In this document: piece after piece, positions 44,598 through 53,646 of the stretch
Numbering within the stretch: position 1 is the stretch's first letter
Layout: each line of letters begins with the position of its first letter
Assembly: GCA_964424995.1 (NCBI GenBank)
Contig: CAYRLC010000002.1
Span: 1-53,646, forward strand
From: an uncultured Croceicoccus sp.
GTDB lineage: Bacteria; Pseudomonadota; Alphaproteobacteria; Sphingomonadales; Sphingomonadaceae
Direction of reading: 5' to 3'
DNA length: 53,646 nucleotides
Made by a program: the position numbers and the translations under genes
Notes under the pieces: model-generated
Seen by the model: only the letters and a program-made list of their open reading frames with translations
What the model was told of the DNA's origin: nothing
Databases searched by the model: none

Positions 44598-45841
44598 GCC
44601 TGTTCTCCGATGATCAGTCCGTCCTCGAACCGCAACGCGCGAAGCGGGACGATGGCGCCGCCGCGCATGCCGTTGGGCAGGCGGACGGGCGCGAAATGGG
44701 GGGCGTGGCCGGTGCCGTCGTTCTCGGCCAGCACGTCGAGCGTCTGGCCGACAAGCGAGGCAAGCCAGCGAGCGCGGCTTTCGGCAACGGCGGCGCGCAG
44801 CTGCGCGGCGCGGGCCTTGATCGTGGCAGGGTTAAGCTGCGGCATCCGCGCGGCGGGGGTGCCGGGGCGGGGGCTGAACGGGAAGACGTGGCCGTGCACC
44901 ACCCCGCACTCGCGTACGATGGCAAGGTTGGCGGCGTGCATCGCGTCGTCCTCGGTCGGGAAACCGGCGATGAGGTCCGCGCCCACGGCGATGTCGGGCC
45001 GGCGCGACTTCAGCCGGGCGACGAGATCGATGGCCTGCGCGGCGGTGTGGCGGCGCTTCATGCGCTTCAGGATCAGGTCGTGCCCGTGCTGCAGCGAGAG
45101 GTGGACATGCGGCATGACTCGCGCCTCGCCGGTCAGCAAGCTTTCCAGCAGCGGATCGATCTCCGCCCCGTCGATGGAGGAGAGGCGCAGGCGGGCAAGC
45201 TGGGGGAAGGCACCCAGCACTTCGGCCACCAGCGTGCCCAGCGTCGGCGCACCCGCCAGATCGTGGCCCCAACTGGTCACGTCCACCCCGGTCAGGACGA
45301 TCTCGCGGCAACCCTCGGCCAGATGAGCCTCCACCTCGCCCAGAACTTGCGGCACGGTGAGCGACCGGCTGGCCCCGCGGCCCCGCGGGATGACGCAGAA
45401 GGTGCAGGCGTGGTCGCAGCCGTTCTGCACCGCCACGAAACCGCGCGTGCGGGGGGTGGCGAGGGTGCTTGCGCCCTGGTGCATCTTCACCGGCGGCAGC
45501 GCAGCGGCGTTGTGGCCCGCGCCCCAGCTGGCCGGGGTCAGCTTTTCCGCATTGGCGACCAGCGCGTCGATCTCGGGCATGGCGGCCAGCGCCTCGCGCT
45601 CGATATCGGCGGCGCAACCGGTCACCAGCAGGCGCGCGTCGGGGCGGCGGCGGCGGACGCGGCGGATGGTGCGGCGAGTCTGGCGGACCGCTTCCTCGGT
45701 CACGGCGCAGGAATTGATGACGACCGTATCGCCGCGCCCGGCCAGCATGGCGCGGATGCGGTCACTCTCCGCCGCGTTGAGGCGGCAGCCCAAGGTTATG
45801 ACTTCGGGCGTCGGGACTTCGGGGGCGCCGACTGCATTCAA
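44594..45841 (-). CDS. mtaB: tRNA methylthiotransferase, MtaB-like (MiaB family radical SAM)
   Basis: TLGCRLN, NSCAVT, CDHACTFC, SPRPGTPAA; TTG start overlaps the dapF stop; dapF-mtaB-ftsY order. Confidence 0.88.
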   Translation of the reverse strand: MNAVGAPEVPTPEVITLGCRLNAAESDRIRAMLAGRGDTVVINSCAVTEEAVRQTRRTIRRVRRRRPDARLLVTGCAADIEREALAAMPEIDALVANAEKLTPASWGAGHNAAALPPVKMHQGASTLATPRTRGFVAVQNGCDHACTFCVIPRGRGASRSLTVPQVLGEVEAHLAEGCREIVLTGVDVTSWGHDLAGAPTLGTLVAEVLGAFPQLARLRLSSIDGAEIDPLLESLLTGEARVMPHVHLSLQHGHDLILKRMKRRHTAAQAIDLVARLKSRRPDIAVGADLIAGFPTEDDAMHAANLAIVRECGVVHGHVFPFSPRPGTPAARMPQLNPATIKARAAQLRAAVAESRARWLASLVGQTLDVLAENDGTGHAPHFAPVRLPNGMRGGAIVPLRALRFEDGLIIGEQA

Positions 45842-46674
45842 GCGTAGTCGCCCCAGTCGAATGCGCCGGTATAGCTGACGGTGGCGGGGCCGGTCATGAC
45901 GATGCGATCGTCCTCGGTCCACTCGATCCCCAGCGCGCCGCCGGGCAGGGTCACGGTGACAGACCGGTCGGTCAGCCCGCGGCGCATCGCGGCGATGGCG
46001 GTGGCGCAGGCGCCGGTGCCGCAGGCGCGCGTAAGGCCCGCGCCGCGCTCCCAGACGCGCAGGGTGATGGCATCGCGCGCGGTGACGGTGGCGACGTTGA
46101 CGTTGACGCGTTCGGGAAAGATCGGGTCGTGCTCGATCTCCGGCCCGATCTCGGCCAGCGGCACCGCGTGGGTATCGGGCACGAAGAAGATGGCGTGCGG
46201 ATTGCCGACGTTGACCGCCACCGGGTTGTCGAGCACCAGTTCGCGGCCGTCGGGCATCGTTACCGGATAGCCGACCGGCATCGCCAGCGTGTCCATCGGG
46301 TAGGCGAGCGGGATCTGCTCCCAGTCGAAGCGAGGCACGCCCATGTCCACCGCCACGCCGCGCGCATCGGGGCGGGCGACGATGGTGCCGCCCAGCGTTT
46401 CCAGCGCGACCTCTCCGCCGATCAGCAGGCCGACCGCGCGGGTCGCGTTGCCGCAGGCCTCCACCTCGCCCCCATCATTATTGAAGATGCGCATCTTCCA
46501 GTCGGCAATCATGCTCGGCTCGATCAGGATGAGCTGGTCGCAGCCGATGCCGGTATGCCGGTCGGCCAGCGCCGCGACGACATCGCCGGTCAGCGGCGGC
46601 AGGGCATGGTCGCGCCCGTCCAGCACGACGAAGTCGTTGCCCAGGCCATGCATCTTGGTGAACGCGATACGCAT
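45838..46674 (-). CDS. dapF: Diaminopimelate epimerase
   Basis: KMHGLGNDF, CGNA, GNPH, ERGAGLTRACGTG. Confidence 0.97.
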   Translation of the reverse strand: MRIAFTKMHGLGNDFVVLDGRDHALPPLTGDVVAALADRHTGIGCDQLILIEPSMIADWKMRIFNNDGGEVEACGNATRAVGLLIGGEVALETLGGTIVARPDARGVAVDMGVPRFDWEQIPLAYPMDTLAMPVGYPVTMPDGRELVLDNPVAVNVGNPHAIFFVPDTHAVPLAEIGPEIEHDPIFPERVNVNVATVTARDAITLRVWERGAGLTRACGTGACATAIAAMRRGLTDRSVTVTLPGGALGIEWTEDDRIVMTGPATVSYTGAFDWGDYA

Positions 46675-46773
46675 GGCAGCGCATCTATGCACCCGGCGGG
46701 CCTGCGTCCAGTGTCGGGTGAGGTCGGCGATGCGGTCAGGTGTTCGGGCCGGAGTTGGGGCAGGCGGGGCGGA

Positions 46774-48438
46774 TCACGCGCCCGCGACGCGCACTTCGTC
46801 CATGGTGGAAGGTCCGATGCGGCGATCGCCGGCCAGCCGCGCCTCGCTCTTCAACCGGGCGCGGACCTGTTCGGCGGTCTCGGGCTTGCCGTAGAAATAG
46901 CCCTGCCCCTTGAAGGTGCCGATGCGCAGCAGCGAATCGCGCAAGGTCTCGTTCTCGATCCCCTCGGCGGTGACCGGCAGGTTCATGCCTTCGCCGATCG
47001 AGGCGATGGTGGAGATGACCGAGGCGGTATCCTCGGTCCGGCCGAGGCGCGAGACGAAGGCGCGGTCGATCTTGATCCGGTCGAACGGCAGGGCGCGCAA
47101 TTGCGCCAGCGTCGCATAGCCCACGCCGAAATCGTCGAGGCTGACCGTCACGCCCTGGTTCTTCAGGCTGGTGACCAGCGAGCGGACGAGGCCGATGTTC
47201 TCGTTGAGGCACATCTCGGTGATCTCGATCTCCAGCCGCTCGGGCGGGAAATTGGCCTCTGCCATCAGCTTCAGCAGGCGCTGTGCGAACCACGGGTCGC
47301 GCATCTGCACCGGCGAGATGTTGACCGCCAGCGTCAGGCGCGGGTCCCAGTCGCGCGCATCTCGCAGCGCCTGGGCGATCACGCCTTCGGACAAGTCGGA
47401 AATGACGCCCAGTTCCTCTGCCACCGGGATGAACCGGTCGGGGCTGACGAGGCCGAGTTGCGGGCTTTGCCAGCGGGCCAGCATCTCGAACCCGGTCAAT
47501 TCGCCGGTCTCGATGTCCACCTGCTGTTCGTAGAACGGCACGAATTCGCCGCGCGCGATGCCCGCGAGGATGCCGTTCTCCAGCTCGGCCCGGCTGCGCA
47601 GGTCGTGCTCCATCTTCGGTTCGAACCAGTCGTAGCGGTTCCGGCCGTTCTTCTTGGCGTGGTACATCGCCATGTCGGCCATGTGCAGCAGTTCCTCGGC
47701 CGGCTTGGTGCAATCCTGGGACAGCCCGCTGGAACAGGCGATGCCGACCGAAATGCTGATCGCCAGCTGCCCGCCGGTCACGTCGAAAGGCTGCCGCGCG
47801 GTCGAGATGATGTCGCAGGCCACCCGGTCGATCGAGGCAGCGTCGCGCCGGTCGTAGGGGATGGCGCAGGCAAATTCGTCGCCGCCCAGCCGCGCCAGCC
47901 GCGAACGGTCTGGCAACACGGCGCGCACGCGTTCGGCCAGCGTGGTCAGCAGCATGTCGCCGGCGCGGTGGCCGTTGAGGTCGTTGATCTGCTTGAAATG
48001 GTCGAGATCGAGCATCACGAAGGCGACTGCCGCTTGGCCGCTCGTGTCCTGCCGCGCCTCTGCCACCAGCGCGTCGACTTCGGGCACGATCGAGCGGCGA
48101 TTGAGCGAGCCGGTGAGCGGATCGGTGAAGGCGAGCTTGCGCGCCTCGGTCTCCGCATCGCGGCGCGAGCGGACCTCGCGCATCAGTTCGCTATGGCGGC
48201 GCCAGCCGAACAGGATCAGCGCAATGTTGAGCAGAAGGGCGCTGGCGAGATAAGTGGCCGGCCCGTCGCCGCGCCCATCGATATAGGCCATCACCCCCGG
48301 CATCGCCGCCGCGGCATGGCCCACGAACATGATGAGCGCCGCCGCGATGATGCCCATGGCGATCACGTCACGCTCCGCCGGGCGCGTGCTGGCGATGACT
48401 TCTGCGCCTTCATCGTGAACGGATGCAGGCTCGGTCAT
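46774..48438 (-). CDS. Membrane-anchored GGDEF-EAL protein
   Basis: Two TM segments, TDPLTG, DLDHFK, intact GGDEF, EML variant of EAL, DDFGVGY; start estimated at ATG 48438. Confidence 0.92.
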   Translation of the reverse strand: MTEPASVHDEGAEVIASTRPAERDVIAMGIIAAALIMFVGHAAAAMPGVMAYIDGRGDGPATYLASALLLNIALILFGWRRHSELMREVRSRRDAETEARKLAFTDPLTGSLNRRSIVPEVDALVAEARQDTSGQAAVAFVMLDLDHFKQINDLNGHRAGDMLLTTLAERVRAVLPDRSRLARLGGDEFACAIPYDRRDAASIDRVACDIISTARQPFDVTGGQLAISISVGIACSSGLSQDCTKPAEELLHMADMAMYHAKKNGRNRYDWFEPKMEHDLRSRAELENGILAGIARGEFVPFYEQQVDIETGELTGFEMLARWQSPQLGLVSPDRFIPVAEELGVISDLSEGVIAQALRDARDWDPRLTLAVNISPVQMRDPWFAQRLLKLMAEANFPPERLEIEITEMCLNENIGLVRSLVTSLKNQGVTVSLDDFGVGYATLAQLRALPFDRIKIDRAFVSRLGRTEDTASVISTIASIGEGMNLPVTAEGIENETLRDSLLRIGTFKGQGYFYGKPETAEQVRARLKSEARLAGDRRIGPSTMDEVRVAGA

Positions 48439-48767
48439 CGAGGGGCGGATTCCTTTCTGGCGACTCTTCGTGTCCGCGCCTTCGTTCGTGCGGATAAGGG
48501 GCCATTCGTATCGCCGATGCTCTAAACATCGGGTTAAACGCCGTCTGCGGAGCGTCCTGTGGATCGGGCGTTTCGTCGCGGCAAAGCGGCGCTGGCGGCG
48601 CGTGCCTTGCCATTCGGCACCCGCATTGGTAAGGGCGCGGCACGGAAGCGGCGACAGCCATGTCTGCCATCCGTGACATGCACAGGTCCGTACGGGATGC
48701 GGCACGCTGGTCGGCGAGGTTTCGCCCACCGGCGTTTTTCGCTTTTCCGCCGCGGTATCAGGGTTTT

Positions 48768-48807
48768 GGCGTCGTTATCGCGGCGCGCAAGAGGAGAAAA
48801 CGATGTT
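48768..48807 (+). ncRNA. Probable ffh leader RNA motif
   Basis: Stem GGCGTCGTT/AACGATGTT (with G-U pairs) enclosing GGCGCGCAAGAGGAG, just upstream of ffh. An alphaproteobacterial ffh motif is known; the match is from memory. Confidence 0.5.
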
Positions 48808-48821
48808 CGCCGAGAACTTCT

Positions 48822-50297
48822 GTGTTTGACTCGCTGTCAGACCGGCTTGGTAACGTCTTCGATTCGCTGCGCGGTCGCGGGGCGCTGAAGGAAGACGACG
48901 TTCGCGCCGCCATGCGCGAAGTGCGCATCGCCCTGCTCGAGGCGGACGTCGCGCTGCCGGTCGTGCGACGGTTCATCGACAAGGTTACCGACGCGGCCAT
49001 TGGGCAGGAAGTCCTGCGCTCGGTCACGCCGGGGCAGCAGGTCGTCAAGATCGTCAACGACGCGCTGGTGGAGATGCTGGGCGGGGATGACGGCGCGGCC
49101 GCGGCCCGCCTCGATCTCGATGCCAAGCCGCCGGTCGTGGTGATGATGGTCGGCCTGCAGGGTTCGGGCAAGACGACGACGACGGCCAAGCTCGCCAAGC
49201 GGCTGAAGGAGACCGAGGGCAAGAAGGTCTTGATGGCCTCGCTCGACGTCAACCGCCCGGCCGCGCAGGAACAACTGGCCGTGCTGGGCGAACAGGCGGG
49301 CGTCGCGACACTCCCGATCATCGCCGGGCAGCAGCCGGTCGACATCGCAACCCGCGCGATCCAGGCCGCCAAGCTGCAGAGCTTCGACGTCCTGATGCTC
49401 GATACCGCGGGCCGCCTGCACGTCGACGAAGCCTTGATGGCCGAGATGAAGGCGGTCGCCGCCGTCTCCGCGCCGAAGGAAGTGCTGCTGGTCGTCGACT
49501 CGCTGACGGGTCAGGACGCGGTCAATGTCGCGCAGAGCTTCACCGGCGAAGTGCCGCTGACCGGCGTGGTGCTGACCCGCATGGACGGCGACGCGCGCGG
49601 CGGTGCGGCACTGTCGATGCGCGCCGTCACCGGCAAGCCGATCAAGTTCGCGGGCGTCGGCGAAAAGCTCGACGCGATCGAACCGTTCGTGCCGAGCCGG
49701 GTCGCCAACCGCATCCTCGGCATGGGCGACATCGTCTCGATGGTCGAGAAGGCCGCCCAGACGGTCAAGGAAGAGGACGCCGAACGCCTTGCCAAGCGCA
49801 TGGCGGCGGGGAAGTTCGACCTCGACGATCTTCGCATGCAATTGCAGCAGATGACCAAGATGGGCGGCCTTGGCGCCATCGCGGGCATGATGCCGGGCAT
49901 GAAGAAGGCGAAGGCCGCGATGGCCGCGTCGGGCATGGACGACCGGGTGCTGCTGCGCATGGACGCGATCATCGGTTCGATGACGCCGAAGGAACGCGCG
50001 CACCCCGAACTGCTCAACGCCAAGCGCAAGAAGCGCGTCGCGGCGGGCAGCGGCACGCAAGTGCAGGACGTGAACAAGGTGCTGAAGATGCACCAGGAAA
50101 TGGCCAAGGCCATGAAGCAGATCAAGAAGATGGGCGGGCTGAAGGGCCTGGGTGCCCTGTTCGGCAAGGGCGGTCTCGATGCAGCCATGCCGGGTCTTGG
50201 TGGCACGGGCGGTGGCGGCATGGGCGGCGGAATGCCGGGTCTCGGTGGGGGCGCAGGCCTGCCGCCGGATCTCGCCAACTTGCTGGGCAAGAAGTGA
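48822..50297 (+). CDS. ffh: Signal recognition particle protein
   Basis: GTG start (MFDSLSDRL), [21 protein letters not shown], Met-rich M domain. Confidence 0.97.
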   Translation: MFDSLSDRLGNVFDSLRGRGALKEDDVRAAMREVRIALLEADVALPVVRRFIDKVTDAAIGQEVLRSVTPGQQVVKIVNDALVEMLGGDDGAAAARLDLDAKPPVVVMMVGLQGSGKTTTTAKLAKRLKETEGKKVLMASLDVNRPAAQEQLAVLGEQAGVATLPIIAGQQPVDIATRAIQAAKLQSFDVLMLDTAGRLHVDEALMAEMKAVAAVSAPKEVLLVVDSLTGQDAVNVAQSFTGEVPLTGVVLTRMDGDARGGAALSMRAVTGKPIKFAGVGEKLDAIEPFVPSRVANRILGMGDIVSMVEKAAQTVKEEDAERLAKRMAAGKFDLDDLRMQLQQMTKMGGLGAIAGMMPGMKKAKAAMAASGMDDRVLLRMDAIIGSMTPKERAHPELLNAKRKKRVAAGSGTQVQDVNKVLKMHQEMAKAMKQIKKMGGLKGLGALFGKGGLDAAMPGLGGTGGGGMGGGMPGLGGGAGLPPDLANLLGKK

Positions 50298-50346
50298 TTT
50301 TATTGAAAGTTCGTATCAATCAGCGTTTGAAGAGAAGGTAACTACA

Positions 50347-50793
50347 ATGGCAGTTTCGATCCGTCTGTCGCGCGGTGGCGCGAAAAAGCGTCCCTACTAC
50401 CGCATCGTCGTCGCCGACGCGCGCAGCCCGCGCGACGGCAACTATCTCGAGCAGATCGGCACCTACAACCCGGTCCTGCCCAAGGGTGACGAGAACCGCG
50501 TCAAGCTGACCGAAGACCGCGCCCGCTACTGGCTGGGCGTCGGCGCGCAGCCGACCGACCGCGTCGCCCGCTTCCTCGATGCCGCCGGCATCAAGGAGCG
50601 CGCGGCCCGCAACAACCCGAAGAAGGCCGAGCCGGGCGAAAAGGCCAAGGAACGCGCCGAGGAGAAGGCCGAGAAGCTGCGCGAAGCCGAGGAAGCCAAG
50701 AAGGCCGCCGAAGCCGAAGCCAATGCACCTGCCGAAACTCCGGCCGAGGAAGCTCCGGCTGAGGAAACCACCGAAGAACAGGCCGAGGGCTGA
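50347..50793 (+). CDS. rpsP: 30S ribosomal protein S16
   Basis: [31 protein letters not shown] plus a charged C-terminal extension. Confidence 0.98.
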   Translation: MAVSIRLSRGGAKKRPYYRIVVADARSPRDGNYLEQIGTYNPVLPKGDENRVKLTEDRARYWLGVGAQPTDRVARFLDAAGIKERAARNNPKKAEPGEKAKERAEEKAEKLREAEEAKKAAEAEANAPAETPAEEAPAEETTEEQAEG

Positions 50794-50799
50794 TTCTTC

Positions 50800-51315
50800 G
50801 TGGCTGTTCGTACCGTCACGCTCGCCGCCATCACCGGCGCGCACGGCGTGACGGGCGAGGTCCGCCTGAAACTGTTCGGTGAAGGCGTGGCGTCCCTCAA
50901 GGGATTCCGCGCCTTCATGGTTCCGGGGCGCGATGCTCCGCTGACCCCCAAGGCGATCCGCGACGACGGCAAGGGCGGTGCGATCGCCCGCTTCGTCGAA
51001 GTGCCGGACCGCAATGGGGCCGAAGCGCTGCGCGGCTCTCTGCTGACCGTCCCGCGCGAGGAACTGCCCGCGCTGGAAGACGGTGAATACTACCACGCCG
51101 ATCTCCTCGGCCTTGCCGCGGTCGCCGAAGACGGCACCTCGCTCGGCACCGTGATCGCGGTCGAAAACTTCGGCGCGGGCGACGTGATCGAGATCGAGCG
51201 TCCCGAAGGCAGCAAGCCGCGCACTTTCATGGTGCCGATGCACGAACACGCGGTCAGCGGGTGGGACGCCGAGAAACTGACCGTCACCGCCGACTTCGCC
51301 GATCCGGAAGCCTAG
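50800..51315 (+). CDS. rimM: Ribosome maturation factor
   Basis: AHGVTGEV, EYYHADLLGL, NFGAGDVIEI. Confidence 0.96.
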   Translation: MAVRTVTLAAITGAHGVTGEVRLKLFGEGVASLKGFRAFMVPGRDAPLTPKAIRDDGKGGAIARFVEVPDRNGAEALRGSLLTVPREELPALEDGEYYHADLLGLAAVAEDGTSLGTVIAVENFGAGDVIEIERPEGSKPRTFMVPMHEHAVSGWDAEKLTVTADFADPEA

Positions 51316-52244
51316 CGCCGAATCGGATGCTGCTCTGCCAGCAGGTTGCGGATCTTCGTGCTGGCCACCCCCGCCTGACCCATCGCGTGGCTGATCTGGT
51401 CCAGCCCCACCACCACGTCACCCGCCGCGAACAGGCCCGGCACGCTCGTCTGCAGATGGTCGTCGACCTTGATGCAATCCTCTTCGGTCACCGCCGCGCC
51501 CATCATCACCGCCAGCGACGAGCGCACCTTGCTGCCCAGCGCGGGGTAGATGCTGTCGAACGCCATGCGCCCGTCCGCCGTATGCAGCGCCAGCGTCTCG
51601 CCCTCGATCGCGAAATCGCCGCATGGGCCGGCGACGCGGCGGATGCCGGCCTCGTCCAGCTTCTCCCGGCATTCGGGATCGAGATCGTGGCCGCCGTCGG
51701 GCGAGATCAGCGTGACGTCGGCGGTGAAGCCGCGGATGAACAGCGCCTCTGACGTGCCGTGGGTTCCGGTACCGATCACCGCGACGCGCTTGTCGGTCAC
51801 CTCGTAGCCGTCGCAGACCGGGCAATAGCGCAGCAGGCCGCGTTCCAGCGCCGCGTCGTGCGTGGCATCGTCCAGCCCCTTGGGCCGGTGATTGACCACA
51901 CCGGTGGCGAGCAGGACCGTGCGCGCGCGATAAGTGCCCGTGTCGGTGGCGATGACGAAGTGCTCGCCTTCGCGTGCCAGCCGGTCGACCCGCTTCTCCT
52001 CGCGCAGCGCGCCATACTTCGCGGCCTGCTCACGCATTCGTCGCAGCAGTTCCTTGCCCGCAATTCCTTCCGGGTAGCCGGCATGGTTGTGCGTGCAGGG
52101 GATCATCGCCGCCCGGCTCGATCCGCAGTCGAACAGCCGGATGGCGAGGTGGTAGCGGGCAAGGTAGATCGCGGCGGTCAGCCCGGCGGGCCCTGCGCCG
52201 ACGATGATGCAGTCGTCGATTTGGTCGTTCATGGTCTCGTTCAT
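51312..52244 (-). CDS. NAD(P)/FAD-dependent oxidoreductase, thioredoxin reductase-like
   Basis: [27 protein letters not shown]. Confidence 0.9.
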   Translation of the reverse strand: MNETMNDQIDDCIIVGAGPAGLTAAIYLARYHLAIRLFDCGSSRAAMIPCTHNHAGYPEGIAGKELLRRMREQAAKYGALREEKRVDRLAREGEHFVIATDTGTYRARTVLLATGVVNHRPKGLDDATHDAALERGLLRYCPVCDGYEVTDKRVAVIGTGTHGTSEALFIRGFTADVTLISPDGGHDLDPECREKLDEAGIRRVAGPCGDFAIEGETLALHTADGRMAFDSIYPALGSKVRSSLAVMMGAAVTEEDCIKVDDHLQTSVPGLFAAGDVVVGLDQISHAMGQAGVASTKIRNLLAEQHPIRR

Positions 52245-52300
52245 GCGGGGCGAAACGCACGGGATGGAATTTCGGTGCCCGCCACGCTAACGCGCCCGCG

Positions 52301-53038
52301 ATGACTTTCGCCGCCACCATCCTCACTCTCTATCCCGAGATGTTTCCCGGGCCGCTCGGCGTGAGCCTGGCCGGCCGGGCGATGGAGGCGGGGACGTGGA
52401 GCCTCGATACGGTCCAGATCCGCGATTTCGCGACCGACAAACACCGCACCGTCGATGACACGCCGGCGGGCGGCGGGGCCGGCATGGTGCTGAAGGCCGA
52501 CGTGCTGGCCGCCGCCATCGACCATGCCCGCGCCGCCAGTCCCGCTGCGCCGGTGCTGGCGATGACTCCGCGCGGAAAGCCGCTGACCCAGGCGCGCGTG
52601 CGCGAACTGGCGGCGGGGCCGGGGGTAACGATCCTGTGCGGCCGGTTCGAGGGTTTCGACGAGCGGATATTTGCCGGGCGCGAGGTGGAGGAGGTCTGCG
52701 TCGGAGACGTGATCCTGTCGGGCGGCGAGGTCGGCGCGCTGCTGCTTCTCGATGCTTGCATTCGCCTGCTTCCCGGCGTAATGGGCGCGGCTTCCAGCGG
52801 TGTCGAGGAGTCGTTCGAAAGCGGCCTTCTCGAATATCCGCACTATACCCGACCCGTAGAATGGGAAGGGCGCACGATCCCTGAAGTGCTGCGATCGGGG
52901 GATCATGCGAAAATCGCCGCGTGGAGAAAAGCCCGCGCGGAGGAAGATACACGGTTACGCAGGCCGGACCTTTGGGAGCACCATATCGGTGCTCGGGTCC
53001 AGTCTGCCTCTGGCGCGCAGCGTGAAAAGAAGGACTGA
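52301..53038 (+). CDS. trmD: tRNA (guanine37-N1)-methyltransferase
   Basis: [37 protein letters not shown]. Confidence 0.97.
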   Translation: MTFAATILTLYPEMFPGPLGVSLAGRAMEAGTWSLDTVQIRDFATDKHRTVDDTPAGGGAGMVLKADVLAAAIDHARAASPAAPVLAMTPRGKPLTQARVRELAAGPGVTILCGRFEGFDERIFAGREVEEVCVGDVILSGGEVGALLLLDACIRLLPGVMGAASSGVEESFESGLLEYPHYTRPVEWEGRTIPEVLRSGDHAKIAAWRKARAEEDTRLRRPDLWEHHIGARVQSASGAQREKKD

Positions 53039-53044
53039 GGACCA

Positions 53045-53413
53045 GTGAACCTGATCCAGCAGATCGAAGCCGAGGAAATTGCCAAGGCCGCCAAGGATAT
53101 TCCCGAATTCCGCCCCGGTGACACCGTCCGCGTTGGCGTGAAGGTGATCGAAGGTGAGCGCACCCGCGTTCAGGCCTACGAAGGCGTGTGCATTGCCCGG
53201 TCGAACCGTGGCTTCAACTCCAACTTCACCGTGCGCAAGATGTCGTTCGGCGAAGGCGTTGAGCGCGTGTTCCCGCTCTACTCGCCCAACATCGACAGCA
53301 TTACCGTGGTTCGCCGTGGTGTCGTGCGTCGTGCGAAACTGTACTATCTGCGCGGCCGCACCGGTAAACGCGCCCGCATTGCCGAGCGTCGCGACACCCG
53401 CAACGAAGGCTGA
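53045..53413 (+). CDS. rplS: 50S ribosomal protein L19
   Basis: [24 protein letters not shown]. Confidence 0.98.
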   Translation: MNLIQQIEAEEIAKAAKDIPEFRPGDTVRVGVKVIEGERTRVQAYEGVCIARSNRGFNSNFTVRKMSFGEGVERVFPLYSPNIDSITVVRRGVVRRAKLYYLRGRTGKRARIAERRDTRNEG

Positions 53414-53459
53414 GCAGGGACGGGGCCGTAGCCCCCGCCAGATACGGACCAAACACCGT

Positions 53460-53494
53460 AAAGGGCGCCCTGGCACAGGCCGGGGCGCCCTTTT
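53460..53494 (+). terminator. Intrinsic terminator after rplS
   Basis: AAAGGGCGCCCTGGC-ACAG-GCCGGGGCGCCCTTTT. Confidence 0.8.
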
Positions 53495-53548
53495 CCTTAT
53501 TTCTCACGACCAATTCTTCGCGCCGGAACGGCGCACGGGAGCAAGACA

Positions 53549-53646
53549 ATGGGTTACCGCGTAGTAGTCGTCGGTGCGACGGGTAATGTCGGCCGCGAAA
53601 TGCTCAACATCCTGGCTGAACGGGAATTCCCGATCGATGAGATCGC
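53549..53646 (+). CDS. asd: Aspartate-semialdehyde dehydrogenase (5' part only)
   Basis: [28 protein letters not shown]..., runs off the window. Confidence 0.9.
   Translation, partial: MGYRVVVVGATGNVGREMLNILAEREFPIDEI

Overview
GC-rich alphaproteobacterial DNA, most likely Sphingomonadales (inferred from gene content and from a tRNA-His retaining G-1:C73). The window has two halves. (1) 1-~32.5 kb is a catabolic cluster that is open to the left and that I cannot match to a described pathway. It holds four Rieske oxygenase alpha subunits (one missing from the ORF track because it runs off the edge), three SDRs, an acyl-CoA ligase, an epoxide-hydrolase-like protein, a VOC protein, two PQQ dehydrogenases, a TPP E1alpha/E1beta pair with only a free lipoyl domain, an atypical M24 hydrolase, a Dke1-like 3-His cupin, three ABM proteins, four SnoaL/NTF2 proteins, two TonB-dependent receptors and two TetR regulators. 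Seven copies of an 18-bp palindrome (consensus ACAATCA-N4-TGATTGT) lie in five intergenic promoter regions of this cluster; I saw none in the rest of the window, which suggests one regulon. (2) ~32.6-53.6 kb is mostly housekeeping: 2OG oxygenase, tRNA-His, Leu/Phe/Val dehydrogenase, ccmCDEFGH plus a ccmI-like gene, kup, yciB, ftsY, mtaB, dapF, a GGDEF-EAL protein, ffh-rpsP-rimM-[antisense FAD reductase]-trmD-rplS and the start of asd. I saw no integrase, transposase or CRISPR array. All family calls come from motif recognition, not database searches.
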